From the NCBI GenBank assembly GCA_018715145.1, contig DVMD01000082.1:1-36834 (forward strand): a stretch of 36,834 nucleotides of DNA. Reading direction: 5' to 3'. The notes beneath the pieces are model-generated. The model was given only the letters and a program-made list of their open reading frames with translations. It made no database searches and had not been told where the DNA came from. The position numbers were made by a program, and so were the translations under genes. The stretch comes from Candidatus Onthocola stercorigallinarum (GTDB taxonomy: Bacteria; Bacillota_I; Bacilli_A; RF39; UBA660). Positions within the stretch are counted from its first letter, which is position 1; every line of letters starts with the position of its first letter. Of this stretch, positions 1 through 9,041 are shown piece by piece.

Positions 1-1
1 A

Positions 2-2095
2 TGTGCTGATACAATTAGATTAATGTTTAATGCTCCAGAAATGAATTTTAATTATAAAGAAGATATTCCGCAATATAACAATAAAAAAGTATGGGATTTA
101 TTATTTTCTATTTTAGAAGAGCGTATGAAAAAAGGAGAATTTACTATAATTGATGCTGTTCATGCTAAGGTAAGTGAATCATTTCCTATATATAAAAAAT
201 TAGCAGAAAAATATAGATATCGTTTATATGTAATTGATTTTACAGATATCCCTACCCAAGAAGTTTATAAAAGAAATAAAATGCGGGAAGAATATAAACA
301 AGTAGATGAAAAAGTTATTGATAGAGCTTATAAATTATTTGCCAAGGAAAAGGTGCCTTCATCTTTTAAAGTTGTTAAACCAAATGAGTTTGAAGAAATA
401 ATTTCTAATAAAATAGTAAATTTAGATAAATATGAAAACATTCAAATATTTGGTGATATTCATGCTTGTGTAGAAACACTAAAAGAATATTTTAATGAGT
501 TTCCATTTAATGAAAATACCTACTATATCTTTACAGGAGATTATTTTGATCGGGGATTAGAAAATTATGAAACTTTTAAAATACTTACAGAGCTTATGAA
601 TCATGATAATACTTTATTTTTAGTGGGTAATCATGAAGATAGATTATATAAATATTCAAGTGATGATGAAGTAAAAATAAATTATGATTTAACTAATACT
701 ATAAAGGAATTTAATGGGTATAATGTTAAGAAAAGTGAAATTAGAGGATTTGTTAAAAAACTATCGCAAATAGCTTATTTTACATTTCATGATAAAACTT
801 ATTTAGTAACTCATGGTGGTATTCCTTATATGCCAAAGAAATCTTTAGATTTTTATAGTACTAATACTTTTATTTATGGTACTAATAAATATGAAGATGA
901 TATTGATAAAGTATACAATGAATTTATGAAGAGTGAAAATAATAAAGTATATCAAATTCATGGACATCGTAATTTCTATAAATATAAATTTAATGATTTT
1001 GAATATTCCTTTAATTTAGAAGGCGATATAGAAAATGGTGGTTATTTAAGAGTGCTTATATTAACCAATAATACTTATGAATATAGAGAAATTAAAAACA
1101 ATATTTATAATCCTAATTTAAAAGAAGAAACAGCAGTATTTAATTTAATAAATGATTTAAGAGGCAATAAATATGTTTTTGAAAAAGATTTGGGAGATAA
1201 TTTATCATCATTTAATTTTTCTAAAGAAGCCTTTTATAATAAAGCTTGGGATAAAGAGACAACTAAAGCTAGAGGATTATTTATTAATACTTTAAATTAT
1301 AAAATAGTGGCTCGTAGTTATAATAAGTTTTTTAAAGTTAATGAAAGAATAGAAACAAATATAGATAATTTATATAAAACTTTTGTATATCCTGTTAATT
1401 TTTATTTAAAATATAATGGATTTTTAGGTATACTTTCCGTATTTAATGATGAACTGTTTTTTGCATCAAAAAGTACTAACACTGGGGAGTATGTTAAATA
1501 TTTTAAAGATATATTTTATAAACTCTTTAATGAAGAGCAAATTAAGGCTATGAAAGAAAAAATAATTAAAGATAATGTATCTTTAGTATTTGAAGTAATA
1601 GATCATTTACATGATCCACATATCATCGAATATAATAAAGACAAAATAATATTGTTAGACATAATTAAAAATACAGTAGAATTTAATAAAGTAACATATC
1701 CTGAACTAAAAGAATTTACTAATTCTATTAATATTGAAGTAAAAGAATTAGTTTATACGGCAGAAAATATAGATGAATTTAATGATTTATGTGAACTTAT
1801 AACAAGTGATGATTATAAATTGAATAATGAATATATCGAAGGATTTGTAATTGAAGATAGTAATGATTTAATGGTTAAAACTAAAACAAAATATTATGAT
1901 ATATGGAAAAGTCTTAGAACTAAAATGGAAAATGCAATAAACAATAATAAGTTTAATACTAAAAGTAAAGATGAATTAGAAATTAAGTTTATGGCTTATT
2001 TAAAAGATAAGTATCAAGATCAAAATGTAGATGTAAAAGAAATTAATATAATTACTGAAAGAAAAGAATTTTTACTATTCAAAAACTTAAAGTAG
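2..2095 (+). CDS. Polynucleotide kinase / metallophosphoesterase / Rnl1-like RNA ligase fusion (5'-truncated by the window edge)
   Basis: The frame is open from base 2 (CADTIRLMF...), so the true start lies upstream of the window. Kinase remnants: IIDAVH and an RNKMR lid. Calcineurin-like motifs: GDIH, GDYFDRG, GNHE, THGG, HGH. Nucleotidyltransferase motifs: KYNG (I), FEVI, EGFVI (IV), VKTK (V). Confidence 0.8.
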   Translation, partial: CADTIRLMFNAPEMNFNYKEDIPQYNNKKVWDLLFSILEERMKKGEFTIIDAVHAKVSESFPIYKKLAEKYRYRLYVIDFTDIPTQEVYKRNKMREEYKQVDEKVIDRAYKLFAKEKVPSSFKVVKPNEFEEIISNKIVNLDKYENIQIFGDIHACVETLKEYFNEFPFNENTYYIFTGDYFDRGLENYETFKILTELMNHDNTLFLVGNHEDRLYKYSSDDEVKINYDLTNTIKEFNGYNVKKSEIRGFVKKLSQIAYFTFHDKTYLVTHGGIPYMPKKSLDFYSTNTFIYGTNKYEDDIDKVYNEFMKSENNKVYQIHGHRNFYKYKFNDFEYSFNLEGDIENGGYLRVLILTNNTYEYREIKNNIYNPNLKEETAVFNLINDLRGNKYVFEKDLGDNLSSFNFSKEAFYNKAWDKETTKARGLFINTLNYKIVARSYNKFFKVNERIETNIDNLYKTFVYPVNFYLKYNGFLGILSVFNDELFFASKSTNTGEYVKYFKDIFYKLFNEEQIKAMKEKIIKDNVSLVFEVIDHLHDPHIIEYNKDKIILLDIIKNTVEFNKVTYPELKEFTNSINIEVKELVYTAENIDEFNDLCELITSDDYKLNNEYIEGFVIEDSNDLMVKTKTKYYDIWKSLRTKMENAINNNKFNTKSKDELEIKFMAYLKDKYQDQNVDVKEINIITERKEFLLFKNLK

Positions 2096-2104
2096 TGTTA
2101 TAAT
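2096..2104 (+). promoter_or_regulatory. Extended -10 promoter (TGTTATAAT) for the first DUF3800 gene
   Basis: TG-n-TATAAT ends 9 nt before the ATG at 2114, implying a very short leader. Confidence 0.5.
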
Positions 2105-2113
2105 AGAAGGCAT

Positions 2114-2845
2114 ATGAAGAAAATGCAAGAAATATATATCAACTTAGATGATTCCGGAAAATTAAGTAATCATGAACATATTAGTGTTTATGGTGGTTTA
2201 GTATTTTTATCTAAAAGTGAAAAAGATAAATTTGTTACCCAATATAGAAGTATTGTTAATGATATTAAATGTAAATATTGTCAAAGTAAATGTAATAAAT
2301 TATGTCCTGAAATAAAAAATACTAATATTAAAAATTCCGACAAAAGAAGAATAATGAATTATATCAAAAAATATTATGTAACAGCTTTAGTTATTAAAAA
2401 TGACTTAGTATATGAACATATTAAAACTAATAAAGGTGCTAAGGGAAGATTTTTAGATTATAGTTTAAGAAGAATGATCAAAGAGATAGTTAAAAATTTA
2501 ATTAGCAGTGGTAAAGTTGATCCAAATTTACCAATAAGAATAATTATTAATATCGATGAACAAACAACTAAAAATAATGGTTATTACAATTTGCATGATG
2601 GCATACTTGAAGAATTAAAATATGGCATTAGCAATTTTGATTACTTTATGAGTGTTGCCCCAATTGTGAAAAGTGATTTAGAAATTAGATTGACTTATCA
2701 AAATTCTGCTAAAAGTTATGTTGTCCAAGCGGCAGATTTGCTTGCAGGTACTATAAGACATAAATCAATAATAGCACTAAATAATAATATAGAAATTCAA
2801 GATGAATTAAATAGTTTTGTTGATTTAAAAATGATTTTACCATAG
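2114..2845 (+). CDS. DUF3800 family protein (predicted RNase H-like fold)
   Basis: N-terminal YINLDDSG, EIK, central IDE and C-terminal QAADLLAG match the DUF3800 N-terminal acidic motif and QxxD signature. Cys-rich insert CKYCQSKCNKLC. Confidence 0.8.
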   Translation: MKKMQEIYINLDDSGKLSNHEHISVYGGLVFLSKSEKDKFVTQYRSIVNDIKCKYCQSKCNKLCPEIKNTNIKNSDKRRIMNYIKKYYVTALVIKNDLVYEHIKTNKGAKGRFLDYSLRRMIKEIVKNLISSGKVDPNLPIRIIINIDEQTTKNNGYYNLHDGILEELKYGISNFDYFMSVAPIVKSDLEIRLTYQNSAKSYVVQAADLLAGTIRHKSIIALNNNIEIQDELNSFVDLKMILP

Positions 2846-2872
2846 AAAAAAAGCTCCATAAAGGGGCTTTTT
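2846..2872. terminator. Bidirectional intrinsic terminator shared by the DUF3800 gene and the convergent ncRNA
   Basis: aaaaaaaGCTCC-ataaa-GGGGCttttt: GC hairpin with T tracts on both strands. Confidence 0.8.
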
Positions 2873-2953
2873 CCCAATTAGGGCGGTGCACACACAGTAC
2901 ACTTATTTTAAAAAAACGCTACCTAACTATCGACCTGACGAGTTTCCTCCGGT
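2846..2953 (-). ncRNA. Putative DUF3800-associated structured ncRNA (~108 nt), convergent with the DUF3800 gene
   Basis: Relatively GC-rich non-coding island with its own promoter and terminator. Minus-strand stems: GAG-GAAA-CUC, UAGUUAGG/CCUAAUUG, GUGUAC/GUGCAC. Confidence 0.7.
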
Positions 2954-2959
2954 AAAAAT

Positions 2960-2988
2960 ATATTACTATAAGTAGGTGTTATTGTCAA
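2960..2988 (-). promoter_or_regulatory. Sigma-A type promoter driving the ncRNA
   Basis: Minus strand TTGACA (2988-2983), 17 nt spacer, TAATAT (2965-2960). No ORF lies between it and the terminator. Confidence 0.7.
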
Positions 2989-3041
2989 GTAGCTATTTTT
3001 AAGATATAATAAAATTGTATTTATACTTTGAGGTGCTTTTA

Positions 3042-4094
3042 ATGAAAGAAAAAAAATTTGAATTTACCGAGGAACAAAAAGAATATATTATAAATAATTG
3101 GGGAAAAGTTTCAGTTCATAGTATGAAAAATAAGTTGGGATGTTCTTGGTATGCTGTAGCAAATGTTGCTAAAGAAAATAATTTAGAATTACCTAAATCT
3201 AATGATTGGACAGAAGAAGATATTGAAAAACTAAAGTCTTTGGCGTCCACCTTGCATTATGAAGATATTGCTATTCAAATGGGTAGAACACCTAATGCTG
3301 TATATTTAAAAGCTAAAAGATTGAATATAACAATTATTCAAGATCGAAGAGAATGGACTGCAGAAGAAGAAGACTACTTGATTGAACGCTGGGGTAGAGA
3401 TAAAATAGAAAAAATTGCTAAAAATATGCAAAGAAGTATTTATTCAATAAAAGTAAAAGCCACCAGAATGGGGTTAGGATATATGAGTCAAAATAATATT
3501 GAACAAATTTCCTTTGCAGATATTTCTAGGGCCATCGGAGTTTCGAGAGATAGATTAACTCGGTGGATGAATTTTGGTTTAAAAGTTAAAAAAAAGAAAG
3601 TTACTAACAAATATTCCTATTATTGTGTAGATTTGGATGATTTAATGGATTTTTTAGAGAAGCATCAAGATTGGTGGGATAGCAATAAATTAGAAAAAAA
3701 CACTTTTGGTTTGGAGCCGGATTGGTTAAAAGAAAAAAGACAAAGAGATTTGGTCAATCCTCCATTAGAATATCGTGTTTGGAGTGAAGAAGAGATAAGA
3801 ATCGCATCAGATTTATTATTGCAAGGTTATAATTATGATTATATCGCTCCAATAATTAATCGTACTCCCCAAGCAGTTGCCATAAAAATGCGCGAAATTG
3901 GTTTGGAATATCGTTTATCACGCTTTTGGAAGGGTCATGAATTGAAATATTTACAAGAAAACTATGGTAAAATAACAGTTAGTGAGATTGCGGAGGTATT
4001 AAACCGTACCCCTAAGTCTATAATGTCAAAAGCTGAAGAATTAAATCTTCAATATACCCATTTAACTAGAATAAGGAGAAAAAAACATGAATGA
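3042..4094 (+). CDS. Tandem GcrA/Myb-like helix-turn-helix repeat protein
   Basis: Five ~42-aa repeats of type W(T/S)xEExxxL...IA..(M/L)xR(T/S)xxA(V/I)..KA..LGL, plus a central HTH-like segment (ISFADISRAIGVSRDRLTRW). GAGGTG RBS precedes the ATG at 3042. Confidence 0.7.
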   Translation: MKEKKFEFTEEQKEYIINNWGKVSVHSMKNKLGCSWYAVANVAKENNLELPKSNDWTEEDIEKLKSLASTLHYEDIAIQMGRTPNAVYLKAKRLNITIIQDRREWTAEEEDYLIERWGRDKIEKIAKNMQRSIYSIKVKATRMGLGYMSQNNIEQISFADISRAIGVSRDRLTRWMNFGLKVKKKKVTNKYSYYCVDLDDLMDFLEKHQDWWDSNKLEKNTFGLEPDWLKEKRQRDLVNPPLEYRVWSEEEIRIASDLLLQGYNYDYIAPIINRTPQAVAIKMREIGLEYRLSRFWKGHELKYLQENYGKITVSEIAEVLNRTPKSIMSKAEELNLQYTHLTRIRRKKHE

Positions 4095-4761
4095 ATATGC
4101 TAAAGAAATATCTAAAATTCCGCTGCTAACTGAAGAAGAAACAAGAGAATTATTAATATTAGTTGCTAATGGTAATGAACAAGCCCGTAATAAACTTATT
4201 ACCCATAATATGAAAATAGTTGTAAAAATAGCTTATAGCTACGCTACTAGTATACCATTATCGTTAGATGAATTAATAAGTATTGGTTCTATAGGTTTAA
4301 TAAATGCTATTGATAATTTTGATTTAACAAAAGGTTTAAAGTTATCAACATTAGTGTATGCTTGTGTAAATAATGAATTTAATAAATACCTTAAATTTAT
4401 GAAAAGAGAAAAAAGAGATACTAGCAATGATATTAGTTTGCAAGAGGCAATTTACAAGAATAAAAATGATGAAGAATTAACTTTAGAGAAAAGAATAGGA
4501 GATTCTAGTATTGTTATTGAAGATGATATTTTAGATTCTATTCGTGATGAAACCCTTAAACAAGTTTTAAGTTATTTAACTAAAGAAGAACAAAAAATTT
4601 TACTTTTACATTATGGATTAGTTGATGGCATTTGTTATTCTTTTGCGGAAATTGGTGAAAAGTTTAATTTATCTTCAGAAAGAATTCGTCAAAAAGAAAT
4701 GCTAGCTTTAAAAAGATTGAGACATCCTCGAATCACCAAAAAGATAAAAGATTTTTGGTAA
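4087..4761 (+). CDS. Alternative sigma-70 family RNA polymerase sigma factor
   Basis: Region 1.2 (EISKIPLLTEEE), region 2 (LITHNMKIVVKIA; DELISIGSIGLINAIDNFD) and region 4 (AEIGEKFNLSSERIRQKE..ALKRLRHP). Overlaps the upstream gene by 8 nt. Confidence 0.88.
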   Translation: MNEYAKEISKIPLLTEEETRELLILVANGNEQARNKLITHNMKIVVKIAYSYATSIPLSLDELISIGSIGLINAIDNFDLTKGLKLSTLVYACVNNEFNKYLKFMKREKRDTSNDISLQEAIYKNKNDEELTLEKRIGDSSIVIEDDILDSIRDETLKQVLSYLTKEEQKILLLHYGLVDGICYSFAEIGEKFNLSSERIRQKEMLALKRLRHPRITKKIKDFW

Positions 4762-4815
4762 AACCTATGAAAAATAAAATAACTAGTGTATAATAGATAT
4801 AAGAAAGTAGGTATT

Positions 4816-5478
4816 ATGAGTTTATTGAAGTTAGACAATTTATGTAAGTTTTATGGAGAAGATGAAACATTAGTTAAAGCAGTAGATTCTGTTACTTTAA
4901 CGGTGGAAGAAGGAGAGTTTATTGCTATACTTGGAGCATCAGGCTCTGGTAAATCAACTTTACTTCATATGATTGGGTGTGTAGATGAACCTACAATTGG
5001 TCATGTATATTTAAATGGACAAGATATTTATGCTCTAAATGATAATAACCAATCAAAATTAAGAAGAGAAAGTATTAGTATAGTTTATCAATTTTATAAT
5101 TTAATACCAACCCTTAATGTTGTTGAAAATATTACTTTGCCTCTAGATTTATCTAGAAAAAAAGTAGATCAAGAATATTTAGATGAATTATTAAAATTAT
5201 TAAAACTTGAAGATAGAAAAAAACATTTACCAAATGAATTATCCGGGGGAGAACAACAAAGAGTTGCTATAGGTAGAGCTCTTATTACTAGACCAAGTAT
5301 TATTTTAGCAGATGAACCAACAGGTAATTTGGATAGTAAAAATTCTTTAGAAGTCATGAATATTTTAAAAAGAGCTAATGAAATTTATAAACAAACTATA
5401 ATCATGGTCACTCATGATGAAGAACTAGCTAAATTTGCCAAAAGAATTATTACTATGAAAGATGGTAATATAGTATGA
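4816..5478 (+). CDS. ABC transporter ATP-binding protein (LolD/MacB type)
   Basis: Walker A GASGSGKST, signature LSGGEQQRV, ILADEPTGNLD, VTHD. Confidence 0.95.
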   Translation: MSLLKLDNLCKFYGEDETLVKAVDSVTLTVEEGEFIAILGASGSGKSTLLHMIGCVDEPTIGHVYLNGQDIYALNDNNQSKLRRESISIVYQFYNLIPTLNVVENITLPLDLSRKKVDQEYLDELLKLLKLEDRKKHLPNELSGGEQQRVAIGRALITRPSIILADEPTGNLDSKNSLEVMNILKRANEIYKQTIIMVTHDEELAKFAKRIITMKDGNIV

Positions 5479-7805
5479 AAATTCTTAATAAATTAACATA
5501 CCGTTATTTAAACCTTAATAAGAGAAAATGTATTACTACTTTAGTTAGTATTATTTTAATAACTGTATTACTTTTTAGTGTAGGTATTTTTGTATCCACC
5601 ATTAGAAAAACATTATATGATTCAATAGTTAATGAAAATGGAACAAAACATGTATTATTTAGGGATATTTCATATGATAACTATGGTATACTAAATAATA
5701 ATGAAAATATAAAAAGTATTGAGATAACTTGTCTTATTGATATTATTAATGATGAATTATATATTACTAGTATTGATGATACCTTATGGGATAGTATAAG
5801 TATTTCTAAAGGTAGTTTTCCAAATAATATTAATGAAATTGTTATTTCCAATACCTATGCTCAAACTTATAATCTAACTATAGGATCTAACATAAATGAA
5901 AAAATAATTGTTGGTATATATGATAATAATACTCTTAACAACAATATATATTATGCTTATACTGTGAGTGCCAATTATAAAAATGAAAATGTAAGTTTTT
6001 ATATAACTTATGAAAACTTAAATAATATATATAATAAAATTTATAATACCGCTGAAGAGTTAGGATTAGAAACAATACCAATTCCAAGTAATCTTATATT
6101 ATATGAAAACACTAGCATTAATACTAGTTATTTACAAGTTTTAGGTAAATTCCCATCATTTGATACAACTCTTGCTGTTTATGCTTTTATATTTTTTATA
6201 CTATTTGTTATAAGTTTATTTTGTATTTTAATAGTTAGAAATGCCTTTACTATTAACTTAGTTGAAAGAAAAAAACAATTCGCCACTCTTAGAAGTATCG
6301 GTGCTAGTAAATTGCAAATAATTAAAATGGTTATAATTGAAGCATTTATGTTAAGTGTAATTGCTATTCCAATTGGCATTATTCTTAGTATAATTATTTC
6401 GCTATTCATTATTGGAATCCTTAATAATATTTTAGAAAATTTAATAGCTCCAATAAATATATATTTTTATCCAAGTTTAATAATTATTTCATTAATCTTT
6501 ATTATATTTACAATATTCGCATCGGCTTTTGTGCCAGCTATAAAAGCCAGTAAAACAAGTCCAATATCAGGAATAAAACCTGTATATAATTTAAAGAAAA
6601 CTAGAGAAAACTATCCTTTAATTAATAAAATATTTGGCCCAATCGGAGTCCTTGCCTATAAGAATACCAAAAGGGATAAAAATAAATTTAATTCTTGTAT
6701 TATATCTATGACAATATCTATAGTTTTATTTTTGACATTTGCTTATGTATCAGAAAATGTTTTAGTCTATTCAGAAAATACCTTCGGAGAACCTTTTGAT
6801 ATAGATATAACTATTCCTGAAGATGAAGTTCTAAGAAGAGAAATACTCAGTATTCCAAATATTGATGAAGAAATAACTTATAAAAATACAATGTTACAAT
6901 ATAAATATAATAACAATTATACTAAGGAATTCTTGGATTCTCGTATAAACAATGACAATGTTTTAGGAATAATGGTTCTGGGAGTAGAAGATAGTTACTA
7001 TAATAAATATTTTAATACAGATTCATTAGTTATTATAAATGGTAATGATTATGAAATTTTTAAAAATGAAAACATTCCAATAGAATTAGTAGATAACGAA
7101 TTTTCTCAAAATGTATATTTCACAATCAATAATTATGAATTAATAAATTTTGATACAAAATTATTTCAAACAAATATGCCAATAATTGTTCTGAGGTTAG
7201 ATGATTATAATAACTTTTTTAACACTTATAGAAAAGATATTAATATAAATAATTATTATATAGTAATAAATAGTGATAAACCAGAAATATTTGATAGATA
7301 TATGAATGATATAATTGATGATAATTTAGAGCAAAATATAGAATATATGAATTATGCTTATCATGATTATGAGGGTAGACAAGTAATGTCTGCAATTAAA
7401 TTTGTGGGATTTACTATAATTATAGCAATTGCTCTTCTTAGTATTAGTGCTGTATTTAATACCTTAAATACTAATATATTAACTAGGGAAAAAGAATTTG
7501 CCATGTTAAGAAGTATTGGATTAAGTAAAAAAGATTTAAATAAATTGCTTATCTTCGAAGGTATATTTTTAGGACTAAAAACATTAATTATTAGTTTAAT
7601 AGTTTATATTATTTTACTCTTTGGCATCAAAAAATTTATCAATTTTTTAAGTATTGCTTCTTTAAAAAAATTAGTATTTCCAATAAAATATTTAGTTATT
7701 GCTTATATTATTTTGTTGTTAGTAATACTACTAGTAATCATGTATAGTAAACACAAAATAAAGAATAAAAATATAGTTGATGCAATCAAAAATGAAAATA
7801 TATAA
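5475..7805 (+). CDS. FtsX-like ABC transporter permease
   Basis: Two FtsX-type motifs (ERKKQFATLRSIGAS; REKEFAMLRSIGLS), multiple TM segments and two extracellular loops. ATGA overlap with the ATPase gene. Confidence 0.9.
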   Translation: MKILNKLTYRYLNLNKRKCITTLVSIILITVLLFSVGIFVSTIRKTLYDSIVNENGTKHVLFRDISYDNYGILNNNENIKSIEITCLIDIINDELYITSIDDTLWDSISISKGSFPNNINEIVISNTYAQTYNLTIGSNINEKIIVGIYDNNTLNNNIYYAYTVSANYKNENVSFYITYENLNNIYNKIYNTAEELGLETIPIPSNLILYENTSINTSYLQVLGKFPSFDTTLAVYAFIFFILFVISLFCILIVRNAFTINLVERKKQFATLRSIGASKLQIIKMVIIEAFMLSVIAIPIGIILSIIISLFIIGILNNILENLIAPINIYFYPSLIIISLIFIIFTIFASAFVPAIKASKTSPISGIKPVYNLKKTRENYPLINKIFGPIGVLAYKNTKRDKNKFNSCIISMTISIVLFLTFAYVSENVLVYSENTFGEPFDIDITIPEDEVLRREILSIPNIDEEITYKNTMLQYKYNNNYTKEFLDSRINNDNVLGIMVLGVEDSYYNKYFNTDSLVIINGNDYEIFKNENIPIELVDNEFSQNVYFTINNYELINFDTKLFQTNMPIIVLRLDDYNNFFNTYRKDININNYYIVINSDKPEIFDRYMNDIIDDNLEQNIEYMNYAYHDYEGRQVMSAIKFVGFTIIIAIALLSISAVFNTLNTNILTREKEFAMLRSIGLSKKDLNKLLIFEGIFLGLKTLIISLIVYIILLFGIKKFINFLSIASLKKLVFPIKYLVIAYIILLLVILLVIMYSKHKIKNKNIVDAIKNENI

Positions 7806-7812
7806 TAACTCT

Positions 7813-7840
7813 TTGACTTTTTGCTAAATTTTGATACAAT
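7813..7840 (+). promoter_or_regulatory. Sigma-A type promoter of the dapL operon
   Basis: TTGACT, 16 nt spacer, TACAAT, with TG at the extended -10 position. Confidence 0.55.
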
Positions 7841-7865
7841 ATATAAGTCAAAAGGAAGTTTTATT

Positions 7866-9041
7866 ATGGTAAAAATAAATGAAAATTTAAAATATATTGA
7901 AAGTGAAAATTCATTTGCAAAAGTTATAAAATTAGCAAATGTTTATAAGCAGAAACATCCTGATAAAGATGTAGTATCTTTAGGTATTGGTGATGTAACA
8001 CTTCCTATACCTAAAAGAGTAGTTGCAGTTATGAGGGAAGCTATAGATGAACAAGATGATAAAGATACTTTTAAGGGTTATGGAGATTCCTCTGGTTATG
8101 AGTTTTTGAAGAGTACTATCTTAGAAAATGAATATAAAAATATGGGATTTAAAACTTCCGAAATTTATATATCTAATGGAACTAAAACTGATAGTACTAA
8201 TATTTTAGAATTATTTGATATTGATGCTAAAATATTAATTAGTGATATAATGTATCCAATTTATCATAATGCTGCTCTTTGTTTAAATAGGAAAACTTAT
8301 ATGATGCCTTTAAAAGAAGAAAATGATTTTATTCCCGAAGTGCCTCAAGAACACTATGATATTATTTATTTGTGTAATCCTAATAATCCAATAGGTAATG
8401 TATATGATTATGATACTTTAAAATCTTGGGTGGATTATGCTAAATGCGAAAATGCTATAATTATTTATGATAATGTTTATGAAGATTTTATTCATGATGA
8501 TTTACCACATTCTATTTATGAGATTCCCGGAGCTAAAAATGTTGCTATTGAACTTAAGAGTTTTTCTAAATCCCTAAGTTTTAGTGGTATTCGTTGTTCT
8601 TATTATATTATTCCCAAGGAAATATATGAAGATGTTAATAATATTTGGGCTCTTCGTACTATTAATAGATTTAATGGCGTAAATTATATTACTCAAATGG
8701 GAGCAAATGCTTTTTATGATAAAGATGTGCAAATTGATGTTAAAAAAAATATCAATTATTATTTAGAAAATGCTAAAATTTTAAAAGAAGGTTTTAAAAG
8801 AGTTGGTTTTAGTATTTGGGGTGGAGATAATGCTCCCTATTTATGGGTTAAAATAAAAGAAAATATGACTTCATGGGAAATATTTGATAAATATTTGCAG
8901 GAGCTAAATATTATTATTACGCCAGGCATTATTTTTGGCTTATCTGGTGATAAATACTTCCGTATTTCTGCTCTAAATACGAGAGAAAACACTATAAAAG
9001 CTGTAGAGAGGATAATTAAGTATTATGAAAAAGATAATTAG
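7866..9041 (+). CDS. dapL: LL-diaminopimelate aminotransferase
   Basis: SLGIGDVTLP, FKGYG, YLCNPNNP, SIYEIPGAKNVAIE.KSFSK (PLP lysine), GGDNAPYLW, YFRISA. Start taken at ATG 7866 after AAGGAAG. Confidence 0.8.
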   Translation: MVKINENLKYIESENSFAKVIKLANVYKQKHPDKDVVSLGIGDVTLPIPKRVVAVMREAIDEQDDKDTFKGYGDSSGYEFLKSTILENEYKNMGFKTSEIYISNGTKTDSTNILELFDIDAKILISDIMYPIYHNAALCLNRKTYMMPLKEENDFIPEVPQEHYDIIYLCNPNNPIGNVYDYDTLKSWVDYAKCENAIIIYDNVYEDFIHDDLPHSIYEIPGAKNVAIELKSFSKSLSFSGIRCSYYIIPKEIYEDVNNIWALRTINRFNGVNYITQMGANAFYDKDVQIDVKKNINYYLENAKILKEGFKRVGFSIWGGDNAPYLWVKIKENMTSWEIFDKYLQELNIIITPGIIFGLSGDKYFRISALNTRENTIKAVERIIKYYEKDN

